Of a stretch of DNA of 64,000 nt, positions 25,591 to 37,268 are shown piece by piece; within the stretch, counting starts at the first letter, position 1, and every line of letters starts with the position of its first letter. A program made the translations under genes and the position numbers. The DNA comes from Malacoraja senta (taxonomy: Eukaryota), in assembly GCA_038087875.1 (NCBI GenBank), contig CM075994.1, positions 2,296,001 to 2,360,000 on the forward strand, written 5' to 3'. The notes beneath the pieces are model-generated. The model saw nothing but the letters and a program-made list of their open reading frames with translations. It had not been told where the DNA came from and did not search any database.

Positions 25591-26240
25591 AATCAGTTGA
25601 TAATTAGGTGATGTGCACCTGAGGAAATAGAACGTAGAACATGGAACAGTGCAGCACTAGAACAGGCACTTTGGCCCACATGATGTGGTGCACATGATGT
25701 CAAGACCATCTCTCATCTAACTGCACATATCCATATCCATATAAGGGGACATGACTTGAGAATTAAGGGACAGAAGTTTAGGGGTAACATTAGGGGGAAC
25801 TTCTTTACTCAGAGAGTGGTAGCTGTGTGGAATGAGCTTCCAGTGGAAGTGGTGGAGGCTGGTTCGATTTTATCCTTTAAAAATAGATTGGATGGGTATA
25901 TGGACGGGAAAGGAATGGAGGGTTATGGTCTGAGTGCAGGTAGATGGGACTAGGGTAACGTATTTATTTAAAAAATAAAAAAATAAAAAAATAAAATGTT
26001 CGGCACGGACTTGAAGGGCTGAGATGGCCTGTTTCCGTGCTGTAATGGTTATATGGTTATATCCCTCCATTCCCAGCATTTCCATTAACCTATCCAAAAG
26101 TCTCTTCAATGCCAAAATGCAATTTAAAATAATCAAAGTGAGGAGACTGATATAAAACAGGTCTGATATGAATATCGTTTGCCTCATTATTAACTTTAAT
26201 AAAAAAGTTTGAAGTTAATTTTCATATCTATACTGATCAG

Positions 26241-26386
26241 AATTGTACCTGGAAGAACTCAGCGATCGGATAGAGGAAGTCGATGTTGATACTCAAACAG
26301 ATGCCTTTTTGGATAAGCCTTCGACACCTCTTTTTATCCCTGGAAAATCAGGCAAGGATGTAGCCACACAGATCGAGGAAGGAGAG
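26241..26386 (+). CDS. RSPH3: RSPH3 coding exon 4
   Basis: Acceptor ...ctgatcag. (E)LYLEELSDRIEEVDVDTQTDAFLDKPSTPLFIPGKSGKDVATQIEEGE. Donor gtacga; 146 nt. Confidence 0.95.
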
Positions 26387-26489
26387 GTACGATATACATA
26401 GCGTATAGAATGTTGGTTTAGTGCTGGTCAGAAGCGCACTTCAGGGTTGGAAGTTAGTTGAGCACGATGGACTGAATGGTCACCATCAT

Positions 26490-27980
26490 AGAAACATAGA
26501 AAATAGGTGCAGGAAAAGGCCATTCGGCCCTTTGAGCCATTCAATATGATCATGGTTGATCATCCAAAATCAGAACTCCATTCTGGCTTTTTCCCCCTTG
26601 ATTCCCTTAGCCCTAAGAGCTAAATCTAACTCTCTCTTGAAAACATCCAGTGAATTGGCCTCCACTGTCTTCTGTGGCAGAGAATTCCACAGACTCACCA
26701 CTCACTGGGTGAAAAAGTTTTTCCTCATCTCAGCCCTAAATGGCCTACCACTTATTCTTGAACTGTGACCCCTAGTTCTGGACTCCCCCAACATCGGGAA
26801 CATGTTTCCTGCCCCTACCCTGTCCAATCTTCTAAGAATTTTATGTTTCTATATGATCCCCTCTTATCCTTCTAAATTCCAGCGAATACAAGCCCAGTCG
26901 ACCCATTCTTTCATCATTCGTCAGTCCCGCCATCCCGGGAATTAAACTGGTCAACCTACGCTGCACTCCCTCAATAGCAATAATGTCCTTCCTCAAATTA
27001 GGAGACCAAAATTGCACACAATACTCCAGGTGCGGTCTCACCAGGGCCCTGTACAACTGCAATAGGACATTCTTGCTCCTAAACTCAAATCCTCTTGCGA
27101 TGAAGGCCAACATGCTATTGGCTTTCTTCACTGCCTGCTGTACCTGCATGCTTACTTTCAGTGACTGATGTACAAGGACACCCAGGTCTCGTTGCACCTC
27201 CACTTCTCCTAATCTGACACCATTCAGATAATAATCTGCCTTCCTGTTCTTGCCACCAAAGTGGATAACCTCATATTTATCCACATTATACTGCATCTGC
27301 CATACTTCTGCCCACTCACCCAACCTATCCAAGTTATCCTGCAGCCTCATAGCATCCTCCTCGCAGCTCACACAGCTTTGTGTCGTCCACAAACATAGAG
27401 ATATTACATTTAATTCCCTCGTCTAAATCGTTAATATATATTGTAAACAACTGGGGTCCCAGCACCGAGCCTTGCGGCATCCCACTAGTCACTGCCTACC
27501 ATTCTGAAAAGGACCTGTTAATTCCTACTCTTTGCTTCCTGTCTGCCAACCAGTTCTCAATCCATGTGACCCTACCTCCAATATCATGTGCTCTAATTTT
27601 GCACACTAATCTATTATGTGGGACCTTGTCAAAGGCTTTTTGAAAGTCCAGATACACCACATCCACTGGCTCTCCCTTATCCATTCTACTTGTTACATCC
27701 TCAAAAAATTCCAAAAGATTAGTCAAGTATGATTTCCCCATCATAAATCCATGCTGGCTGACCGATCCCATCACTGCTTTCCAAATGCGCTGCTACAATA
27801 TCTTTAATAATCGACTCCAGCATCTTCCCCACTACCGATGTAAGGCTTACTGGTCTGTATTTCCCTGTTTTCTCTCTCCCTGCTTTCTTAAAAAGTGGAG
27901 TTACATTGGCTACCCTCCAGTCCACAGGAACTGATCCAGAGTCAAGAGAACATTGGAAAATTATCACCAATGCATCCACG
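26490..27980 (-). mobile_element. CR1 LINE ORF2 fragment
   Basis: [42 protein letters not shown], plus the CR1 3' UTR. Confidence 0.88.
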
Positions 27981-28399
27981 ATTGCACTAGTTCTGGGTCA
28001 TCATCCTGGTATCCTGCCTGTCAGCACGTAATCACGTTTAAATGGCCAGTTAGTGATGACTGGGAGTAGTGAAGAAAGGAATGAAAAATACCCTTCCTCC
28101 ACTAAAGTCAGTTAACCAGTTCCACAGTTCGCAATGATGTATCCCTCTTGGGATCACACCCTCTCTAGCCAACAATCAGTCTATCAAGGAACCTCCCTGC
28201 CCGAGGTCCTGTGTTGCTGGCCCTGATTTGTTCAGGTCTTTTCTTGTTTCTCCCCCCCCCCTCCCATCTCTCCAATCAATCCGAAGAAGGGTCCAGACCC
28301 GAAACATAATTTTTCTTTCTCCAGAGATGCTGCCTGACCTGCTGAGTTACTTCAGCATTTTGTGTCATGATATTGTCAGGTAATTTGGATAAAAAGCTA

Positions 28400-28852
28400 C
28401 AGGATGTCCAGTGGAGGTGTAGCAGAATGATCCCAGGAATGAATGGGTTAACAGATGATGAGCATCTCGAGGTACTGGGCCTGTACTCGCTGGCGTTTAG
28501 AAGGATGAGATGGGACCTCATTGAAGCTTGCCAAATAGTGAAGAGGATGTTTTCACTAGGGCGAGAGGCTAGGATCACAGGCCATAGCCTCAGAATAAAA
28601 GGATGTACCTTCAGAAAGGAGATGAGGAGGAATTTCTTTAGTCAGAGAGTGGTGAATCTGTGGAATTCATTGCCACAGACGGCTGTGGAGACCAAGTCAA
28701 TGGATATTTTTAAAGCAGCGATTGACAGATTCTTGATCAGTGGTCAAGGCAGGAGAATTGGGTTGAGAGGGAAAGATAGATCAGCCATGATTGAATGGCA
28801 GAGGAGACTTGATAGGTCGAATGGCCTAATTTTGCTCATAGAAGTTATGAAT
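28400..28852 (+). mobile_element. CR1 3' fragment. Others at ~2740-3020(-), 11410-11635(+), 25745-26060(+), 29800-30228(+), 37425-37845(+), 37905-38385(-), 43690-44055(-), 45680-46095(-), 49935-50280(+), 50540-50960(+), 52930-53150(+), 53205-53520(-), 58125-58710(+)
   Basis: Recurrent LGLYSLEFRRMRGDLIE, RGHSLRI and RRNFFSQRVVNLWNSLP motifs with CR1 tails. Confidence 0.8.
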
Positions 28853-29353
28853 TTCTTAGCTTTGAAACTGCCAGTGGGAACATAACCTTGGAGTCAGGAA
28901 GCATACCAGTATTCAAATCTTGTGGAAGGTTATGCCATCATTGTGGGCTTGCTGGCTGCACGTACAATACTCATTCCGATTAAGTAATCAGAGTTTTGCA
29001 TTCATTACTGATGCTTTATTTTGGGCGGCACAATGGCACAGTGGTCGAATTGCTGCTTTACAGCGCAGAGACCCGGGTTCATTCCTGAATACGGGTTCTG
29101 TCTCTACGGAGTTTGTACGTTCTCCCTGTGACCGCCTGGGTTTTCTCCGGGTGCTCTGGTTTCCCCCCACACTCCAAAAACGTGCAGGTTTGTAGGTTAA
29201 TTGGCTTCTATTAATTGTAAATTGTCTCTCGTTTGAGTAGGATAGCACTAGGGTACGGGGTGATTGCTTGTCGGCGCAGACTCGGTAGCCGAAGGGCCTG
29301 TTTCTGCGCTGTATATCTAAAGGCTAAAGGTGATTGAACGCTCTTTTTTTCAG

Positions 29354-29557
29354 CTCTTTGACTTTGACATTGAAGTGAAACCAATGCTGGAAGTGCTGGT
29401 GGGGAAAACCATTGAGCAAGCTCTGTTGGAGGTTTTGGAGGAGGAGGAACTGGCGAATCTGCGTGCTCTCCAACGTGACTTTGAGGAAATTCGCAATGCA
29501 GAGCTTGCAGAAGTTCAGCGCATGGAAGAGAGGGAGAGACGTTACCGAGAAGAAAAG
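29354..29557 (+). CDS. RSPH3: RSPH3 coding exon 5 (AKAP-like amphipathic helix and coiled coil)
   Basis: Acceptor ctctttttttcag. LFDFDIEVKPMLEVLVGKTIEQALLEVLEEEELANLRALQRDFEEIRNAELAEVQRMEERERRYREEK. Donor gtattg; 204 nt. Confidence 0.96.
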
Positions 29558-30239
29558 GTATTGCTCACTCCAGTCGAAACTCATAGAGAGAATGCATATC
29601 CTGTCACTGTTGATCAAAGCATGCCGATGATTTGGAAATTAAATATGTTTGTAGTTAACCGGTAAGGTTTTTAAGTTGGGATGTTGTTAACACTACTAGT
29701 CTGAGTTGATGTGGACCAATGATTGATTGGCAAAAGGTGACTGAAAAATCAATTAAGAGGGAGAAAATGGAAAATCAGTACAAACTACAAGCAGACAAGA
29801 TTTACGAGAATGTTGCTAGGACTCGAGAGTCTGAGCTATAGGTAGAGGTTGAGCAGGCTAGGACTGTTCCTTGGTACGCAGGAGGATGTGGGGTGATCTT
29901 AAAGAGGTATACAAAATCATGAGAGGAATAGATTGGGTAGACGCACTGAGTCTCTTGCCCCGAGTAGTGGAATCGAGAACCAGAGGACATAGGTTTAAGG
30001 TGAGAGGAAAAGATTTACTAGAAACCTGAGGGGTAACCTTTTTATACAGAGCGTGGTGGGTGTATGAAACAAGCTAGTTGCAGCAGGGACTATCGCGACG
30101 TTTAAGATAGGTACATGGATAGGATAGGTTTAGAGGAATACGTGCAAAATGCAGGCAAGTGGGACATGTTGGTCGGTGTTGGCAAGTTGGGCCAAAGGCC
30201 TGTTTCCACGCTGTATGACTCTATGACTATCAAGGGATA

Positions 30240-32381
30240 TGAAATATGGGGGCAGGGGGGTTGGTTATTGGGGCGGGAGGGTTGTGGGGAGGGGGTTTGT
30301 GGGGGTTGTGGGGGAAGGGGTGGTTGTGGGGGAGGGGGGATTGTGGGGGCGGCGGGGTGTGTCGGGGGGGGTGTCAGGAGAAGGGGGGTTGCGGGGGTGG
30401 GGGTCAGTGTGGGGGTGTGTGTGGGGTGGTCTGTGAGGAGGGGGGTGTGTGGGGGGATGTGTGTGGAGGGTGTGTAGGGGATGTGTGTGGGGGGGGGGTG
30501 TGGGGGGTGTGTGTGTGCGCACGGGGGAGTGAGGGCGGGGGGATGTTTGGGCAGGGGGACTTGTGGGCGGGAGGGGTGTGTGGACGGGTGGGGTGTGTGG
30601 ACGGGAGGGGTTGAGAGGGTGTGTGGGCAGGGGGGAGTGAGCTCGGAGAAAAGAGGGGTTAGAGAGGGGGGCATCACGTGGGAGGGGGGGAGGAGCCAGC
30701 GAGGGAGACCAGAGGGGTAGTGGCTGGAATTGGCGGTGCGATGGGGACTCACAGCGGGCGTTGGTCGCTGGTCGTTCTCCTTTGCTGGGATCAGAGTTTC
30801 CGCTTTCCGTTTGGCGACATCTCTGACTCCGGGCTGGGCTGGGCCTCCGATTCTGGGCTGGGTTGGGTCTCCGACGCTGGGCTGCTGCTTGGGCGGGGCT
30901 GCTTCGGGTCCCTCCGAAAGTCCGGTTGGAAACCTCCACCTCAGCTCCACTAAAGATGCGATGGCACAGGAAGGGGCGGACCATCCGGGGAGTGACAGGG
31001 GAGGAGACTAATCCGCGTGGCGCTGGAAGGCAGGAGAAGAGATCAATCTGCGCACGCACGGTTTTCAAGATTTTTAAACCTCGCTAACTTTTACGACATT
31101 CAACCAATCGGAACAAAACTTGGTGCAATCGCAGCATAGGAGATCGGTGAGTGAACTGGCGAATAATCGTAGCGCTATCATGAACCGTTTTTGCGCAAAT
31201 AGGGTGACCGCCAAACCGGAAGATAACAAAAACGGTATGCGATAGAGCTACGATTTTTCGCCAGCTTACTCACCGTTCTCCTGTGCTGCGAGTGCAACAA
31301 GTTTCATTCCGATCGATGGTATATTGTAAAAATTATTACGTTTAAAAAATATATATTTTAACGCGCACGCGCAGATTGCTGTCAGTCGCCGCCATGCAGA
31401 TTGGTCTCCTCTCGTGTCAGTCAGGAAGGGGCGTCGCCAGTACCATCATTGCACTGATTGACCGTGTCCGCTGTCAATCGACTGGATGAAGTCGGGGCGT
31501 GGACTGGAGCGGCGGGGCGGGGCGGGGCGTGGAGCCCAGGCGGCGGCCGAGCTGAGGGGTGGAGTCGTGCCCAAGCCCAGGGCCTGGGTCAAGGTGTACC
31601 AGCGCCTCAGGGGCCACCCGGCCTCCACCATCCTGTAGCACAGCCTCCGCTTCCTGATCTGCGGGCAGCTCACCCCGCCCCCAGCATAGCGAGCCCGGCT
31701 CCGTTGAGGCCCAGGTCCGCATGTGATTCGGCCAGGGCCGGGCCGGGTCGAGTACGAGAACCAGGCCGAGTTCCACGCCCTGGCGCTGTTCAATTACCTG
31801 GGTAGGTGCTGGGGCAGGGAATGGGAGTGAGGGGAGATGAGCGAAATGGGGAGGAGGGAGATGGGGTGGTAGAGGGAGATGGTGGGGGGGCGGTGGGCAG
31901 CGCCGAGCCCCACTGTCTACGCGCTGGTGAGGGACACTGCGGGTCCAGGGAAGGGCAGCGCTCCAGCGACTCCTGTCCGCGGGCACGGACTCCAGGAGCG
32001 GCCCTAACGCACCGCACCATTACAGAGAGAGGGAGCGCCGCAGCCCGGACCACAGCACGGGGGGGGGGGGAGAGAAGATGGAGGGAGGGGGGGATGGAGA
32101 GGATAGAGAGGGATGAGGGAGGAAGGGGAGGGAGGAAGGGAGGGAGTAAGGGGGGAGAGAGGGAGGTAGTGGGGTAGAGGGGTGGTGGAGTACACGGGGG
32201 TAGGGAGGGGGGTAGAAGTGGTCCAGGGTGATGGGCAAGGTGGGATAGAGGGGGGTGTAGAGGCAGAGGGGAACAGGGAGGAGTGGATTTCATGGGAAGT
32301 GGGATAGGCGTGAGTGGTGGTATATTGCGTTGGGGAACCAGGCCTCCCATGTGATGACCCAATGGGTCCCACTTAGTCTGG
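30240..32381. mobile_element. Composite non-autonomous Helitron: two modules fused head-to-head near 31228, with the 3' terminus at right
   Basis: 3' hairpin GACCC-AAT-GGGTC followed by CCACTTAGTCTGG|T (CTRR ending 32381). Internal module homologous to 36145-36620, on - at ~30690-31228 and on + at ~31228-31430. Left boundary uncertain. Confidence 0.7.
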
Positions 32382-33070
32382 TGTGACAATAAATGTGAAC
32401 TTGAACTTGAAACCTTTGAAATTGAAGTAGGAGAAATAGTAATTTGGTATAAGGGACTGGTGGCAGATGACACTAACAATCATCTTCTGAACTAATCCCT
32501 TGGTGTCAAAGATAAGCTATTTTCATGTGATGAGGCCAACGTGGGAACAAACTGCCACAACTGGCAGGAGATTTCTGATGGAGTTGTGATATGTGAGGCA
32601 GTGTGGTTCTTTTATCGTTTTCACTGGACTTCCAAATGTGCTCGGCAAGAAAGACGAGGTGCACAGCGCTTCTCAGCTTTTCTTCTCCATTTTGATAACT
32701 CGCAGCCAGGGATTCATTTGAGTAGGTGAGATTTAAATATTTTCAAGGAATTTTGCTCTTCCTTTTATCTGAGTATGTGTGTGAGGTACATGTCCCGCTG
32801 GTGGTCTGTATATGATGAGGGTTCAACTTGATGCTGAAAATGTTAAAGCAATCCTACTGCACAAGACTGACTACTCTGCATTTAATAAGTAACTACTGTC
32901 TGTATATCACGCACTGATATGGCCATATCAGGGAATTATGATGTAAATCTGTGCCCCAGTATTGTGAGATCACCTTGCTCTCAGCGTTATGCCACTAAAC
33001 TTCACAAAATATTTGTAAAAATTCAGATAACCCTGACAAATATCATTCCCTTTATTTCCCACATTCAGTG

Positions 33071-33558
33071 CAGGTTCGGAAAACCATTGATTTTCCGGCA
33101 TCTGATGGTCCGGCACCTCCTGTAATCCACACAAAATTACAAAATCTCACCCCTGGAAGTCCCCCCTCACCAGGATTTTGCGCCTAGACTGGGTGAGTGG
33201 GCTGATCTTGGCCTCACTGGAATGTCCGGGCGGGAACTGTGGCCTTGCTGGAGCCGGCCGATCCGTTCAGTTGCCAACTTCTGTGGCTGAACTTCCGATT
33301 TGCGAGTCAAATTTGCCCCCTGCGGCCGAGGGCCCTGGAACTCCGGCACAGTCGGAACAGACAGATCTGTTCCCATAGCCAACTTCTGAGGCCGACTTTG
33401 TGGCTGGTATCTTGCCCCCCCCCCCCCCGTCTGCCTAGGCGGATCGTTCCAGTAGCGTTCGACTCCTCTCGGAAGCTGTGATCTCTGTTGGTCTGGCAGA
33501 ACGGATAATCCGGCTAAACTCTGGAACTAAGGGTGCCTTAAAATCGGTGGTGGACTTG
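33071..33558. mobile_element. Tc1/mariner(pogo)-like MITE
   Basis: Decayed TIRs (CAGGT..ACCA..GATTTTCCGG / ...AAATCGGTGGTGGACTTG). A related copy in opposite orientation lies at 49074-49577. Confidence 0.6.
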
Positions 33559-33596
33559 CATTAGAGTTTTCACTTTCACATTGTTGTATTTTACAG

Positions 33597-33759
33597 AAAC
33601 ATCGTATGATACAACAACAAGAAGTGTTGAACAAAGAGAAAGAAACTGCAGATAAGATTGCAGCACGCGCATTTGCCCAGAATTACCTGGCTGATCTAAT
33701 CCCCATAGTCTTCAGTACGCTTCGGGATAATGGTTACTTCTACGACCCAGTGGAGAGAG
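33597..33759 (+). CDS. RSPH3: RSPH3 coding exon 6
   Basis: Acceptor tattttacag. KHRMIQQQEVLNKEKETADKIAARAFAQNYLADLIPIVFSTLRDNGYFYDPVER. Donor G|gtttgt; 163 nt. Confidence 0.95.
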
Positions 33760-34964
33760 GTTTGTCCTTGATTTATTTTGCAATTATACAAAGCTTTACA
33801 ATAACACGGTTGAAATTGATTTAGGCTGTGCATTAGTTTTCCCTTTGGTCTATCCCCTTACTCCTCGGGCACCCATTCTCTCAGCATCTTGACTTGTCCC
33901 ACTGCTCTAATGTTTAATTTATTATTGTCACATGTAAAGAGGCACAGTGAAAAACTTTTGTTTGGGTGCTGTCCAGTCAAAGAAAAGACTATACATGATC
34001 ACAATCAAGCCATCAGAATACTGTAAATGTGAATGCAAATTCACCTGCAAATGTTCAGTTCAGAAATCAGGAGAATGATCAATCTTTTATTCTCTCTGAA
34101 TAAAATATTGAGAGAATGCTTTATATTTTTCTCTCTCAATATATAAAAATAAAAGGATATACACCCTGAGGGATTATCTGCATTCTTAAAACTGAAATAT
34201 CCTTCATGTACCACTCTTCCTCCTGATCATTTATGCATTTTATTTTAGACATTTTATAGATATAGTGTGGAAATAGGCCCTTCAGCCCACTCTGTCAGGA
34301 CCGACCAGCACTAGCACTATCCTACATACTAGGAGCAATTTACAATTTTAGAGAAGCCAATTAAACTTCTTTGGTATGTGGGAGGAAACTAGAGCACCAG
34401 GAGGAAATCCACGTGGTCACAGTAAACAACGTACAAACTCCGAACAGACGGCACCCGAGGTCAAGATCGAATCCGGGTCTCTAGCGCTGTAAGCCAGCTA
34501 CTCTCCCGCTGCGCCATTGTGCCTCCCCAATTTTTGACAGTGATATTTTTGATTTGCATTCATTAGTGAATTATGATGTCCTTCACACACGTGGGAGAAA
34601 AGGATGGATGTGCAGCATTTAATGCCCTAAGACTAAAAGTGGTACAAAAACGTGTGCCACTTCCAATCTTTCACCTCTTGCATCTCATAAGACAGTGTAA
34701 TGCTGACACTTTGATAGAAAGCTCATCTAAAATTTTACCTAGGTTGAAAGTACACAAATTTCAAATAATTACTTTAGTTGTGTCTTCTAAGATTTTTTTT
34801 TAAGTTACTAAATATTTTCTTAATCTCCAAGGTTTGTTTCTGTACCTCCTAGCATGCTGTACATAACTGTTCATTTTTACTGACCTGTAGAGCTTCTGCG
34901 AGTAAGAATTTAATTGTTCTGTTTTGGGACACATGACAATAAAACACTCTTGGCTCTTTATTAG

Positions 34965-35051
34965 ATGTGGAGAATGTGTTCCTGCCTTGGCTGATGGGAG
35001 AGGTAAAGAAATCGATAGAGAAGAAAATTTTGGGAAGGACAATGTTGGACA
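34965..35051 (+). CDS. RSPH3: RSPH3 coding exon 7
   Basis: Acceptor ctctttattag. (D)VENVFLPWLMGEVKKSIEKKILGRTMLD resembles human DIEIGFLPWLMNEV...GRTVLD. Donor A|gtaagt; 87 nt. Confidence 0.93.
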
Positions 35052-36122
35052 GTAAGTACCTGGTCTTTAACAATTCTGTTTAGTTACGGTACCATGTAAA
35101 ATTTGCCATAGGATAAATGTGATTTTTAAAAAAGCAGCTCAGAGATCAGTGAGTGAGACATAGATTTCTCTGCATGGGGCATCCAAAATTGGCAAAAAGG
35201 GGAGCTGTTGCATTTGTTTGGGCTTCCCTTGAGTCGGGCTGGGACCAGTGCCCTAGCAAATTAAATAACTAGAGCCGTGGATGTATTTAAACTAAGTTGA
35301 TAGATTTTTCTGTTTGGATATTTAGAACATTGAAGAGAAAGAACAAACAATAGTGCAAAATGAGTAATAAAAACTCAGCGGGACCCGCGTCTTTGGGAAA
35401 GAGCGTCAAAGGGTACAGAGAGAGAGAGAGAGAGAGGCAGGAGAATGGGTAGGAAGGAACTGCAGATGCTTATTTACACCGAAGATGAACACAAAATGAT
35501 GGAGTAACTCAGCGGGTCAGGCAGCACCTCTAGAAGAAAAGAATAGGTCAGAACCACACTCTAGTTGGTAATAGGATGGTTCAGTTGCCTGATAACAGCT
35601 GGGAAGAAACTGTCCCTGAATCTGGAGGTGTGCATTTTAAGAAAGGAGGGAGATGACGTGGGAAACATTCGACCTATTAACATTTCTTCGGTAGTAGAGA
35701 AATGTTAACATCCGTCATGAAGGAAATGCCAGTTTGAAGTAATAATATAATTGAGCAGTATAAACATTAGCTTTTTTTGAGATTGTAACCTCCAGAAAAT
35801 GTAAGGATGTGCCATCATAGAGTTGTAGGGCATAGGACCACCACATCCATACATGTACACTAATCCATTCACCTGTGTGACGTCCATAGCTTTCCAAGCT
35901 GTGGTGATTCAAGTACTTATCTAGATGATTCTAAATGTTGTGGGAGTATCTGCCTCCACTTCAGGCAGCACTTTCCAGACTCCAGCCACCCTCTGTGTTC
36001 AAAACAAAATCCTTTGCAGATCGCCTCTCTGCCTCCTACCTCTCAGTTTAAACCCATGCCCTCTCTGACATTCCCACCATGGGGAAAAAGCTAATTGCTT
36101 TATACTCTATGCATTGTCCTCA

Positions 36123-37268
36123 TCTATACATAACTAAAGCTCTGATCTTGTGCTCTTCCGCTTTGTGCGGTTTTTCTATTTCTACGGTACGCGATAGTGC
36201 TACGATTTTTCGCCAACTCACCATTCTCCTGTGCTGCGAGTACAACAAGTTTTGTTCCGATCTGTGGTATATTGTAAAAAGCGAGGTTTAAAAAGCGTAA
36301 GAACCGTGCATGCGCAGATCGATCTCCTCTCCTGCCAGTCAGCAGCGCGCGGATTAGTCTCTTCTCCTGTCACTCCCTGGGACGGTCCGCCCCTTCCTGC
36401 ACCATCGCGCCTTTACTGCAGCTGAGGGAGGCCGGCAGAGGTCCCAACCGGACAGAATTTTCGGAGGGACCGGAAACGGCGCGGCGATGTCTCCAAACGG
36501 AAAGCGGTGAATCTGATCCCAGCGGAGGAGAGAGTCCAGCACCCGCTGTGTCCCAAACGCACCGCCATCGCATACGCCCCGCAGCTCCAGCCCCTTTTCC
36601 TCTGGTCCCCCTCGCTGGCTCCTGCCCCATTCCCCATGATACCCTCCTCTCCCCCATGGCTCTTCCCCCGTCTTGTCTCCGAGCTCTCCCTCCCTCCCCA
36701 CACCCCACACGCCGTAGCTGCTGGTGCTTCTGGGCCGATCTGAGGCCTGGCTCTAAGGGCGCCGATGGCTGATACTCCACCGGGGCACGCAAGAAGGGAG
36801 AGGAGTGGAAACCTCGAGATCCTAGGGCGGGAGAGTTGGGGAGGAGAGGGGATAGAGGGAGGAGAGGAGGGGAGTAGGGAGGGGAGAGGAGTGTAATGGA
36901 GGGAGGGAGGGAGTGACGGGGTAGGGGAAAGGAGAGGTGAGGGAGGGATTGGGGGAGGGTAGGAGGAGAGGGACAAGATGATGGAGGTGATGAGGGAGAG
37001 TGGGGGAGGAGGGGGAATTGAGGGGGAGTGGGGGAGGTGGGAGATAGGGGGATAGGAGGGGGTAGGGAGGAGAGAGATGGAGGGAGGGATGGGGGGGGGT
37101 GGAGGGGGGGAAAGAAGAGGGAGGGTGAAGAGGAGGGGGAGAGAGTGCTAGGGATGAGGGGAAATGAGCTGCGCTTGTGCAGTTGGGACTATGGGTGAGT
37201 GGTGGAATATTGCGTTGGGGGACCAAGCCTCCTGTGTGACAGGGACCCAACGGGTCCCACTTAGTCTA
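36123..37268 (+). mobile_element. Non-autonomous Helitron
   Basis: 5' end A|TCTATACATAACTAAAGCTCTGATCTTG. 3' hairpin GGGACCC-AAC-GGGTCCC followed by ACTTAGTCTA|T. Inserted at an A|T within a CR1 remnant (cctca|taaatg) without a TSD. Confidence 0.78.

Noticed and set aside
29558..29665. ORF extension past exon 5 (and likewise 33760-33824 past exon 6)
   Set aside because: RSPH3 similarity stops at canonical donors and resumes in the next exon.
30102..31068. Long Pro/His/Gly-rich ORFs (282, 267 aa etc.; also 31790-32479, 36413-37250, 7859-8234)
   Set aside because: They are by-products of stop-poor G/C low-complexity tracts, with no domain signal.
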